Shown here piece after piece: positions 14,500-27,190 of a stretch of DNA of 64,000 nucleotides; position 1 is the stretch's first letter; each line of letters starts with the position of its first letter. A program made the translations under genes and the position numbers. Under the pieces are notes generated by a model that was given only the letters and a program-made list of their open reading frames with translations, had not been told where the DNA came from and made no database searches. This DNA is from Octopus vulgaris. Lineage: Eukaryota. Location of the stretch: positions 13,144,001 to 13,208,000 of the forward strand of contig OX597841.1 in the NCBI GenBank assembly GCA_951406725.2, given 5' to 3'.

Positions 14500-15256
14500 T
14501 CCCACTTACACACACACACACACAGTTTCTCTCTCCCTCTCTCTCCACACAAACACGGTTTCTCTCTCCCCTTCCCCACACACACTCTTCCTCTCTCTCT
14601 TTCCCTTCCACTCACACTCACACACAAACACCCACATACACACACACACACTCTCTTTCTCACACATACACTGTACACTTTTTCACAAATACAATGTCTC
14701 TCTCTCCCTCTCTCCACACAAACACAGTTTCTCTCTCCCCCACCCCACCCCACACACTCATCCTCTCCCTCTCTCACACATACTCCTCTCTCTCTCTGTC
14801 CCTCCCAGTCACCCCCCCACACACACACACTCACTCATAAACACTTTCTTTCTCTCTCCCTCTCACACACACACACTCTCTCTCTCTCTCCCTCTCTCCA
14901 CCCAAACACAGTTTCTCTCTCCCCCACCCCTCCCCACACACTCGTCCTCTCCCTCTCTCACACATACTCCTCTCTCTCTGTCCCTCCCAGTCACCCACAC
15001 ACACACACACACACAAACACACACTCACTCACAAACACTTTCTTTCTCTCTCCCTCTCACACACACACACACACTCTCTCTCTCTCTCCCTCTCTCCACC
15101 CAAACACAGTTTCTCTCTCCCCCACCCCTCCCCACACACTCATCCTCTCCCTCTCTCTGTCCCCCCCAGTCACCCACCCACACACACATACATACAAACA
15201 CACACTCACTCATAAACACTTTCTTTCTCTCTCCCTCTCACACACACACACACACA

Positions 15257-15290
<34 letters not shown>
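14500..15290. repeat. Higher-order ~190-bp tandem repeat built from CA/CT microsatellite blocks
   Basis: cactcactca[t/c]aaacactttctttctctctccctctcacacac recurs at ~14828, 15022 and 15203; aaacacagtttctctctccccca also recurs. Confidence 0.8.
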
Positions 15291-15293
<3 letters not shown>

Positions 15294-15870
15294 CAAACAT
15301 TGTCTCCCACTCTCCCACCCACCCAATCCCCACATATATATAGTTCTGCCATTCAAAGAACTCAACCACTTCTTTCCTATTCCAACTGAAGTAAAAACCT
15401 TCCTGAAATTTCTACAGACCTTTCACCACTCACTTTCATAGTCTCAGCCTCTTTTAGTCTTTGTTTTCAAATTTATCCAATCCATTCCTGCCCACCACCT
15501 CTCATCCTCAACAGTGTCATCTACCGTATCATCTGCAGTCTCTCGGAATCCAGTCGGCTTTTTTGCATCCAAGTTCGGATCTCTGTAACCAGATTTAATT
15601 CCATTCCAGCAATTTTAAAGAATTTGGTGAATGCGATATATGAGAGAGAAGAAAAATACCAAAGACAAAAAAAGTATATTTAATTAGCTGGACTGTCTAT
15701 TGCTAGTTACATGATTAATTAATTAATTAATGAGACTGTCTAACGAAGGTATTATTTGATTCGGGTGCTTGTTTTTCTGGAGGTGGTCTCTTTTTTTTAA
15801 ACATGGAATTTCGGAAACTTGCAAAGCTGCGAGGAAACTCCGGAGTTTAAATACCATTGCTACCACCACC

Positions 15871-15902
<32 letters not shown>

Positions 15903-16083
15903 CAACAGCAACAACAACAGCGACGACAACAACAACAACAACAATGAAGAGAGAATGATGTGGGGTTAGCCACAGCAATAGAAATGAACAAGGGAAAAAC
16001 TTGTTAATTCTTCTGTGGAACCTAAGAGAAGGGTACATCAGTGCAGTCGTGAAATACGCTAGAAATAGCAGCCAAATATCCCT

Positions 16084-16121
<38 letters not shown>

Positions 16122-17226
16122 TTTGTTCAAAATTTAAATGAAAAATACACAAAAGTTCTTTTAAAAAAGTTCCAAACAAAATGTACCAGAGCGTGTTGTC
16201 TGTATCTGTAACAACTAAAAGAATAATTTGAAAAATAATTCTTATGAAGAATTTTGGAATTACTTGTGCTGAAGAGGATTTATTAGGAACTGTTAATCCA
16301 TTCCAAGACAAGAAGTGAAAAATTCTTAAAAAGTGAAGATTTCAAAGAACAAAAAAAAACCCCAAAAAATAGATCAACAGTTGTGGAATATATTGATTAG
16401 ATAACAACGATTGGAAACTATACCATTCACAAGATCAAAGAACATTGGAATCAACTAATAGATGTATTTCTTCATTATCTGCTAAGTCCAGCAGCAGAAT
16501 TTGTGGTATCAGATTTAATTAGTTGCATTTGTTACACTGTATGGAATCTACACCTCGTTAACATAAATACTAATTTGAATGTAAATTAATTTGTAATATG
16601 ATTAATAATTATTATCATTATTAATATAATATCTGCTTAGCTAGCTTTCTGCCTATCCATCTATCAGCCTACCTATTTGTAAACATTTTATTTATCTTCT
16701 TGCCAATCTATCTATCTATCTATCTAGCTGTCTGTTTGTCTATCTATCTATCTATCTATCTATGTACATATATATCTCTCTATCTACCTATCTATCTATC
16801 TAGCTAGCTAGCTTTCTGTCTGTGTATCTATCTATCTATCTATCTATCTATCTGTCCATCTATCTACCTTTTTATCAGTCTGTCAATATATATACACATA
16901 TATATTTATGTAAATACATATATATATTTCATCTCTTTATTTAACCATTTAGCTAACTTATTTATCTCTCTATTGATAGACCTGTCCACCAATTTCTCTA
17001 TCTGTCCATCTGTTTATTTTTCTTTCTCTGTGTATCTATCTGTATATATATGTCTATATATATATATCTTTAGAAATACACACATATATGTAAGTGATAC
17101 ATATACATATATACATACAAAGAAGTCAAGAACACATTCTCACGCATACACCCCAACACACACACACACAGATATCTTACTGATATGAACATATACATGT
17201 AACTATACATATATATATATACACAG

Positions 17227-17645
17227 AGAAATATTGTGACAGCAGCAGTAACTACATCGACAACAAGAACAGCAACGACTGTGGTAGCATGGAGAAAGTT
17301 GTGGGACTGACATCAGGTTCTGAGGGGGACGAGAAAGGCTCACTGAAGCACGAGCATCACAAGGGAGCTGAGTACTACCTGAAACTCTCCTGTCCTGGGT
17401 TAAATTCTAGCGTGAAGTACCTTTGTGGTCAGTGTGGCTATGTGATGCAGGTGGGCTGTAACGGAAACTGTTTGAAGCCTGGAGCAAGACGCAGAAGTGA
17501 CGATGGGGGTCAGGAAGACAGTGAGAAGGTGCAGTGCAGCCGCACGCTGTCCACGGTGCAGCACGGCTGCCAGTGTCTTGGCAAGCCGGCCATCCAGCTG
17601 GCCTGCTGCCAGACGCTGTCCAACCTGAAACTGGACAAGTCTTAA
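17227..17645 (+). CDS. Candidate coding exon/ORF of unknown Cys-rich protein (KYCDSSSNYIDNKNSNDCGSMEKVV...LACCQTLSNLKLDKS*)
   Basis: Non-repetitive GC-rich island; about 139 open codons with strong C/G-ending codon bias and 12 Cys. Possible CAG acceptor at 17224-17226 lacks a pyrimidine tract; alternative ATG at 17289. No family recognised. Confidence 0.45.
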
Positions 17646-18662
17646 TGGACAATGGAGTGGGGTGAAGTGAGGGATGGGGGTGGTTTACTGCCAAATTTGG
17701 GAGGATGGGTGGGGGGAGGGGGGAGGGTCGGGCTTGGAATCGGGGGAGCCCAGAGGACAGAAAGAAGGGATGGGACAGGACAGGGAATTGAGATGTGGAG
17801 GCAGGTGGGGTGAGAAACGAGGGACAGGGCAAAGTACTTCCCCCGCTTCTCCTCCTTCTCTTTCTCCTCCACACGCCACCACCCCATCCCCACCCCACCC
17901 CCTCATTGTATTCCTTGAACTTTTTTCTCTTTCCCTTTCCAAGATCTTTTTGTTCCCTTCCATTCTTACATTAGACCAATGAGGGAATCCTCCTCCTTTG
18001 TGGTGGTGGTGATGATGATGATGATGATAGTGATGGTGGTGGTGATGATGATGGTGGTGGTGGTGGTGGTGGTAGTGGTGGTGGTGATGGTGGTGACGAG
18101 TGCCATCATTTTCATTTGACCTGACGTGCATGAAGTAGCAGCTAAACCCCTTTCCAACTCAAACACAAACTCCTACACAGAGCCCTAAACTGGACAACCT
18201 TGGGTGCCTTTCATCTTTTACCTTTCACACGTTTCAGTCATTTGACTGTGGCCATGCTGGGGCACCACCTTCAAGAAGTTTGAAGCAAACGAATACACCC
18301 CCATCTCCCCACAACCACCCCGCCAGAGACATTTTTTCTTTTTTTTTTTTTAAAGCTTGGTACTCATTCCATCAGTCTCTTTTGCTGAACTGCTAAGTTA
18401 TGCAGATGTAAACAAACCAACATCAATTATGAAGTGGTGAGAGGGAGACGAAACAGACACACAAACACATGTGTAGATAAAAACATGGTCATGAATGGAA
18501 TCTACTTTTAATCATAGACCTGCTCAGCCACAGACAACCTGGGGCTAAACAAGAACAAGATCATGTGTGAGTCAGGTTTTACTTTTAATTTTATTTGCAC
18601 ACAAAATGACAATCAGTAATGTGTGTGTATGTGTGTGTGTAAGTTTATATGTATATGTATAT

Positions 18663-18709
<47 letters not shown>

Positions 18710-18716
18710 CATACAT

Positions 18717-18753
<37 letters not shown>

Positions 18754-18758
18754 AATAG

Positions 18759-18831
<73 letters not shown>

Positions 18832-18892
18832 CATACATATATATTTATATGTATATATATATTTATATACACATCTATCTATACATGTGTAT

Positions 18893-18924
<32 letters not shown>

Positions 18925-19341
18925 GTATATATATTAAAAATGTGGAAAGCCGGCTTATGGGATTTCCCATCCATAAAGGGTTAAACTTTATGGCGTATCA
19001 TCAGATTCCAAAATCTGTCAGCCCCAAAGCAATATTTACAGACAAAATATATATATATATAAAACAAAAGATTAGGATTCAAGTGAACCAGGCCCTTAAA
19101 TGGTATGGCACCAGGTCAGGTTGAAATTAAAACAAAGATAACCTGATGCATATGCAAGTAACAAAGTAGAAACAGAAAGATATTCCGGTTGTGTATACAA
19201 TTGATTGAACCCCACGATTGATTGTATCCCAAGCCCTTGGTCTAACCAAGACATGCATATTGTATTATGACAAGCAAAGCTCTTAGTATCATGAAGGTGC
19301 TTTTGCTGGTGGTTTGTGGATGTTTCTAAATGTTTTGGTTC

Positions 19342-19430
19342 GTGTATTTACCTGATGAAAACGGTTTTTTTTTAATGGTGAAATGTTTGCCTTAATTAAT
19401 TAGTTGGAAACAGCTGTAGTGAATCGACAC
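19342..19430 (+). ncRNA. Second minimal type-I hammerhead motif, stem II decayed
   Basis: GTGT-ATTTAC-CTGATGA...GAAA-CAGCTG-TA-GTGAAT-CG-ACAC; stem I ATTTAC/GTGAAT; palindromic stem III ACAGCTGT. Confidence 0.55.
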
Positions 19431-19632
19431 ATAGTCCATCCGATGTTATTTATTTATAGGAGGAGGCACAGGAGTGGCTGTGGGGTAGATGCTTGCTTCC
19501 CAACCACATGGTTCGAGGATTCAGTCCCACTGTGTGGCACCTAGAGCAAGTGTCTTCTACTATTGTCTCAGGCCAACCAAAGCCTTGCAAGTGGATTTGG
19601 TAGACGGAAATTGAAAGAAGCCCATCACATAT

Positions 19633-19673
<41 letters not shown>

Positions 19674-21651
19674 TTTACATGTACATATACATACATACAT
19701 TTATATCTGTACATACACACACATACATATATGTAAATATACATACACGCACACACACACACACACACGTACGTGTGTGTGTGTGTGATATACTTAACAC
19801 TGTCATAGTGAAAAAAAGTAAAAGCAACAGTGCCAAGGACAAAGGAAGCAGTGATGGTGGCGGGGGTGGGTGGGGAGGTGAGAAACACAGCGGGGTGTGC
19901 GGCTGTGGGGGGGGGGGCGGTTCACTGGTGCGTGAAGGCAAACATTACATATCATTGCTCAGAGAAAATGGAAAATGAAAAAAACAGAAACTGCAAAGAA
20001 TAAACGAAAAGCAGAAGAAAAAAAAAACTATTGCATAGACAGACAGCACAGTGCTCCAGCCTGGCCTTAGGCATTCCAGCTAAAAGACACTAGATAATTA
20101 CCAGACACACACACGCATGTATATATCTATATGTATTGTGTATATATATGTGTGTGTGTGTGTACATGCATGTATACACATTATTATCATTATTATCTCG
20201 TTACCGCTATCATCCTCATCACCACTACCACTACCACTACCTCAACCACCACCACCACCACTATCACCATCATCATCGTCATCATCTTCATCACTAAAAC
20301 CACCCCACCCTCCACCACCGTCAATATCATCAGCATCAGCATCCTCATCAGCATCACTACTACCACCGCTGCTGTTAACGCCACCACCACCACTACCATC
20401 ATCATCCTCCTCCTTGACATACCACCACCACATCATCGTCACCACTACCACCACCACCATCATCACAATCATCATCATCATTATCATCACCTACCACCAC
20501 TATCTCCAGTACCACCGCCACCACCACCCCCGTTAATCATCACCGGATGAAGAGATGCAGGCTTAATCCAAAGATAAACACAATCCTTCCTCTGCTCCTC
20601 CCCGTGGCCGAATGGAAGTCGTAACAGCAGAATCACTTGAGAATGGTGCTAAAACACAGAAAAAGAAACTTTACCAAAACTCGTTTTGCAGTTCTTCAGA
20701 TTGTTTTCTGTTTTGTGTGAGTGTGTGTGGGGGCATCCTCTTTTTTTCTTCTTTTTGTATTATTTTTACCTTTTATTACTTCCGTACATCACTAACAACA
20801 AGAACAGGTAAACACCACTGTCTTTCTCTCCCTTTCTCTCTCTCTCTTTCTCTCCCTCTCTTCCTCTCCAACAATGCCACCGCCATCACCATCATCATCA
20901 TCGACACCATAACACTCTTCCTCTTCCTTCTCTTCTTCATCCTCATCACCACCACCACCACCACCACCACCACCATCACCACCACCACCAACACAATCAT
21001 CATCACCACAATTGCCATAATCCTTTTCCTTTTCCTCCCCTTCATCATCATCATAATCACCACCACCACCATCATCATCATCATCTTGTCAAAACTCCTT
21101 TTTTTGTTTTGCTTTGTTTTGTTTTATTTTCTTTTTCTTTTATTTTTCCATTTCCATACACAGAAAAACAAAAACCACCCACACCAACCCCCACCATCCC
21201 CACCACCACCACAACCACTACCGCCACCTTCAAATGCTTCAGTTTCATTCTGCTACCTGTTGGTCTAAAAAAACTATAAAAAAAACGTAACAGGCCACCC
21301 CATCCACCTCCCCTTATCCATCTCCACCACCACCAACAGCATCTTTCCCACCACCGCCACCACCATCACCGTGCAACCTCGCCCCCACCACCACCACCAC
21401 CACCACCCACCTCCCAACCGGTTTACTCAACCACCCACCCCACCCGACCACTATCTCTTGCTCTATAATTCTTGCAAGGGTGGGGGGAGCGAGAAAATAG
21501 TATTTTGTTTTGTTTTTTTACTTCCGATGTTGATGTTGTCGTTGATGTGTTCGTGATGGCAGCCAAAGTATGGAGAAACGGAGAAATTACACCGTTTCAT
21601 AAACCAGATGGTTTTGCAATAGTACAGCTAACATATACACATATATGTGCA

Positions 21652-21703
<52 letters not shown>

Positions 21704-21930
21704 AATATATATGTATGTATATATATGTATAAATATCCATATATATATACACATACACACACACATACACATATATATATATACATATATATAAAACAAG
21801 CAACTGATTTAACACATCTTTAATGATCAATTATATTTGTTTCTGTACAAGCTCTGTTAGCAGTGCCAGTTTATGCAAAAGTTCATGCGTACGTACGTAC
21901 TTACATACTTATATACATACATACGTAACA

Positions 21931-22500
21931 AAGCTGAAGATCAGTGAAAAAGAAAATACCTATGCTGAACTATTTAGAAATCTGTAGTTACTCTATCCAT
22001 ATTACAGGTTCAGGTTTATACCTGCAATTATTGGGGCCCTGGGATATGTAGCACACTGCCTAAACACCAGTCTTGAGAAATTAGGCTTCTTAAAACCAGA
22101 AAGGAGAAAGCTAATTCAAAGACTACAGATCCGATCCATCACAGGAACTGTAAAAATCTGTAAAACTTTCCAGAAGTTTATCATTTAAGTATATATGAGC
22201 CTCTCTAGATATGTAGTTATATGCATGAGAATACATACATAAAACATAAAATACAAATATGCACACACACACACACACACATACACATACAGATACATAT
22301 AAACAAAAATTCCCTGTTGTTGATAGGAGAGTATTGTAGTTCACTTGAAGCATTGTGTATTGTTTGTAAAACATGTGTCTTGGATGGTATAACAATGCAC
22401 TGTTGTTGATGTCGAAATTCCAATGAAGGAGTCTCGGATCTAGGTTAGAAACCAGCGCTTTCTCTATTGGCAAGAAATCTTGAAATAAAACTGAACAAAT
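21931..22500 (+). mobile_element. 3' end of an R4/Dong-like (restriction-like endonuclease) non-LTR retrotransposon
   Basis: 21931-22188 reads KLKISEKENTYAELFRNL*LLYPYYRFRFIPAIIGALGYVAHCL...ICKTFQKFII* (EK..Y..L / P.IIGALG pattern). The 3'UTR end is repeated at 25553-25639 and 43597-43690. Confidence 0.75.
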
Positions 22501-22504
22501 GTTC

Positions 22505-22905
22505 AGGCGCAGAAGTGGCTGTGTGGTAAGTAGCTTGCTTACCAGCCACATGGTTCCGGGTTCAGTCCCATTGCGTGGCACCTTGGGCAAGTGTCTTCTA
22601 CTATAGCCTTCAGCCAACCAAAGCCTTGTCAGTGGATTTGGTAGACGGAAACTGCAAGAAGCCCGTCGTATATATGTATATATATATATGTATGTGTGTG
22701 TATATGTTTGTGTGTCTGTGTTTGTCCCCCCAACATTGCTTGGTGTGTTTATGTCCCCATAACTTAGCGGTCCGGCAAAAGAGACAGATAGAATAAGTAC
22801 TAGGCTTATAAAGAATAAGTCCTGGGGTCAATTTGCTTGACTAAAGGTGGTACTCCAGCATGGCCACAGTCAAATGACTGAAACAAATAAAGGAGTAAAA
22901 GAGTA
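22505..22905 (+). mobile_element. SINE family A
   Basis: Full head-to-tail homology. Confidence 0.9.
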
Positions 22906-24068
22906 ACAACACACACATGTGTGTGTACACATGCATGCTGATGCACACACATGCACACAAACGAAAGGAACACAGCTCCAATAACGGAGAGTCAGCAACT
23001 GTCGAGAAGGTTGCAAGAAGCAACGAAAATTCTAGAAGAAAAAAAAAATAAATAAATTGAGTGGAAATTGAACCGGTGAGTGTGTTGGTTAATAAGGCAT
23101 AAAGACAATATGACTCTCTCCAGACACAACAAAATATGCTTGAAGACACGAATTCACATAAAGAATCTTGCAAACCAGATACAGTATTATAACAGAAAAA
23201 TTATCTGCAAGAACAAAATGAAAACAGATAAAGCAGAACTAAATGATTATTTTGAGACATTTTTTTTTAAAAAACAGTTAAAAACCATCAGAAAAGTATC
23301 AAAATCAAAACCAGGGACAACATTGACTGCAAGTAGAGGGAATAACTGCAAAACACCTCAAATCAGAAATAATCTTTTAAAAAATTGACAGCAAAAACAG
23401 AAAACTGAAAACTATGAATTTGGAAATCAAGAAGGAAGAAAAACTGAAAAAGCCCAGCGTACCTAAACCAGACATTATTGGATCCAGTTTTTTTTAAACT
23501 CTGGAGATACCATTGGTTATATATGTTTGTAGTATTTTTGTTGGTATTTTTGTTATTCTGTTTTGTTTTTTTTTGGTTAAACTGCAATTTTTGTTTCTCT
23601 TTATGTTGCAATGTTTTCTGCACAGAACAACTTTTCCTGTTTTTATTGTAGTTTTTCTGTTCATTTTGTAAATTTTCTGTTTATAGTGCAGCCTTTTTGC
23701 TTACACTACACACTTTTCGCTTAAATCACTGTTTTTGTGTACAGTTTTCTCTATATTGCAACTTTTTTCCCATCTCTATTGCAAAACCTTTATTCCTATT
23801 CTCAATTTCCTGTTTGTACTGCACAATTTTCTGTTTCTAAGAGCAGTTTTTGTTTAAATTGCAGTTTTTCTATTTGAAAGACTACCTTTTCTTTTGATAT
23901 TCATGTTTTCCTGTATAAATTGCTGTTTTCCTCTTTGTTTTCAGTTTTTTGTTCACATGACAAAGGTTTACCTCTTCATTATTTCTATTTTCCTGTTATC
24001 TTTAAATTGCAGTTTTTCTGTTTAAATTAGCATTTATATTTTTGTTTGTATTACAGTTTTTATTGTTT

Positions 24069-24770
24069 AAATCAAAATCAAATTCGATGACTGGCATCCG
24101 TGCTAGCGGGGTACAAAGAGCATCATACGAGTGCGATCGTTGACAGAGCGGCTAACCGGCTTCCGTGCCAGTGGCACATAAAAGGCACCATTCGAGTATG
24201 ATCGTTACCAGCTTCGCCTTACTGGCACTTGTGCCCTGTGCTAGTAGGGTGCTAAGAGTACCATCCGAGCATGATTGTTGCCAGAGTGGCTAACTGGCTT
24301 CCGAGTCAGTGGCACATAAAAGGGCACCATTCGAGTGCGATCGTTACCAACGTCACCTTACTGGCACCTGTGCCCTGTGCTAGTAGGGTGCTAAGAGTAC
24401 CATCCGAGCGTGATTGTTGCCAGAGTGGCTAACTGGCTTCCAAGTCGGTGGCATGTAAAAGGGCACCATTTGAGTGCGATCGTTACCAACATCACCTTAC
24501 TGGCACCTGTGCCGGTGGCATGTGTAAAAAGATTCAAGCGAGGTCGTTGCCAGTACTGCCTGACTGGCCCCCATGCCAGTGGCACATAAAAGCACCCACT
24601 ACACTCTCGGAGTGGTTGGCGTTAGAAAGGGCATCCAGCTGTAGAAACTCTGCAAGATCAAGATTGAGGCCTGGTGCAGCCATCTGGTTCGTCAGTCCTC
24701 AGTCAAAATCGTCCAACCCATGCCAGCATGGAAAGCGGACGTTAAACGATGATGATGATGATGATGATGA
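24069..24770 (+). mobile_element. RTE 3'UTR-derived element with three ~139-bp internal tandem modules and (GAT)n tail
   Basis: Homologous to 8098-8578; gctaagagtaccatccgag recurs at 24251 and 24390. Confidence 0.85.
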
Positions 24771-25147
24771 CTACATTTAGAAATTTTTTTAATACAATGT
24801 TCTGTTCCCATTGTTGTTATTTTCATATATTCTACATTTTCTGTTTATTGTGCAGTTTTTTTTATCAATCATAACTTTTGTTTTTGTGTAAATTGCAGTT
24901 TCTTAATAGTTTTCTGGCAGTTTTTCTGTTCAAATTTGTTATTTTTTTGTCCATATCATAGTCTTTTAGTCATACTGCAGCTGTTCTCTTTATATTTTAG
25001 TTCTGCTTCCATTTACATCAAGTTTTTTCCCATTCAAACTGCAGTGCCACCCATTATAATACAGTTGCTAGACATTCTACTATTTCAGTTCATTTTATAA
25101 TTTTTTCCTGTTTAACTGCAGGTTTCCCCATATTTATTACTTTTTAT

Positions 25148-25388
25148 TACATACATAATACATACATACATACATTACATACATACATACATACATTACA
25201 CACACACACACACATACATACATACATACATACATACATTACATACATACATACATACATTACATACATACATTACATACATACATACATACATACATAC
25301 ACATACATACATATTTTACATACATACATACATACATTACATACATACATACATACATACATACATTACATACATACATACATTACAT

Positions 25389-25427
<39 letters not shown>

Positions 25428-25472
25428 CATACATACATACATACACACACACATACACACACACACATACAT

Positions 25473-25525
<53 letters not shown>

Positions 25526-25670
25526 TACATACATGCATGCATACACACATATGTTGAAATTCCAATGAAAGAACTGTGGATCTAAGTTAGAAACCTGTTC
25601 TTTCTCTATTGGCAAGAAATCTTGAAATAAACTGAATGACATACATACATACATACATACATACATACGT
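25148..25670. repeat. (TACA)n/(CA)n microsatellite containing an R4/Dong-like 3' end
   Basis: Direct reading. Confidence 0.9.
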
Positions 25671-26395
25671 ACATATATGTATTATTTCAAAGAGGTTTGT
25701 CTTTGTTAACACAGTGAAGGAGATCCTGTGCAGCTGAAATCCGATCTTCTTTTCGAGACAACCACACTCGACACACTTTACTTCTGAACACTGCTACAAA
25801 CAACCGAAGTGGAGGAGAACCTTACAACCTCGTCGTGTGCATGTGTGACAGACTTCAAGGTCAACCTGTGCCAAGCAGCACCCTTTAACTGCCGTTTTTC
25901 CCATTTCAATTGCCTTTTTTTTATTTATACTGCAACATTTCGAAAAACTGTTATTCCTCTGTATGTTGCTGTTTTTCCCCCCATTTCTATCATATCTCTT
26001 CAATTTATTCTGCAGTTTTCTCTATTTAAATTGCAGTTTTTCTCTTCATAACATAGGGCTTTCTATTTAAACTGCAATTTTTATCATTTACATTTTATAC
26101 ATATCTGTTTTTTCCTGCAATTTCTTAATGTATATTGCAGTTTTTTTCTGTTTATATTGCAGTTTTGCTACACATATCTGCAGTTTTTTCCTGTTTATGT
26201 TGCAGTTTTTTCTCTCTTTATATCATAGTTTATTCTGTTAATATTTATTAATATTTATTATTAACAATTTATTGATTTGTTAAAATTAAATTGTTAAATC
26301 TAATTCGTTAAAAAAAAAAAACATCTACTTTATCATATTTGATTTCTGGTCTATTTTTTAATCATTTAATTTAATCAATATTTCTGCTGTTGTTG

Positions 26396-26437
<42 letters not shown>

Positions 26438-26919
26438 TTTGGTGGTGAGGTGGCAGAATCATTAGTATGCTGGGCAAAATGCTTAGCCGTATTTCACCCA
26501 CCTTTATGTTCTGAGGTCAAATGCTACTGAGGTTGACTTTGCCTTTCATTCTTTCAGGGTCATTAAATTAAGTACCAGTCAAGCACTGGGGTCGATGTAA
26601 CTGACTAGCCCTCTTTCAGTTTCCATCTACCAAATCCACTCACAAGGCTTTGGTTGGCCCGAGGCTATAGCAGAAGACATGTGCCTAAGGTGCCACACAG
26701 TAGGACTGAACCCGGAACCCTGTGGTTGGTAAGCAAGCTTCTTACCACACAGCCATGTCCGATATATAATTTATATGCTTTTATATTTATTATATGAGGT
26801 GAAATCTTACAATTTCTAGTTAGAGTTAATCATGTGTAGTACTATTTCATCATTTTTAGGAGTCTTCAGAATGACTTAACTCATAAATTTGTTAATATGT
26901 ATCATAATTTAAAGGCAAC

Positions 26920-27190
26920 ATAAAAGAAACAAATAGAAAAAATTCTTTGGTTCATGTGCAATTTAACTGCAGCATCCAGTTTTGTTGCAAACAACCTAAA
27001 TCTCATACATAAAAGTTTTTGCGTACAATCATCCTTATTACAAATTTTTCAATGGAAATAATGTCAAAGTCAGCTATAGTTATAATGAAAGTCTGTATGA
27101 TATCATAACCACAAAGTCATGAATGCACCTCTTGATTATATGTATTTCAAAACGGCTATAGTGTATAAGGGGAGGTAACCTCTACAGTCA
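26920..27190 (+). mobile_element. Old Penelope-like (Neptune-type) retroelement fragment, RT/GIY-YIG linker
   Basis: With frameshifts: RKILWF...LNLIHKSF...HPYYKFFNGNNVKVSYS...PLDYMYFKTAIVYKGEVTS. This resembles the PLE motifs RxIxWFNPP, KIFNRNxVKVSYS and CPLDG..IVYKA. Confidence 0.7.

Noticed and set aside
14066-15343. 425-aa ORF
   Set aside because: Stop-free only because it is made of TCTG/CA/CT microsatellites.
18938-19015. Minus-strand CTGATGA...8-bp hairpin...GAAA
   Set aside because: Extra unpaired bases flank stem II and no valid stem III/UH can be formed.
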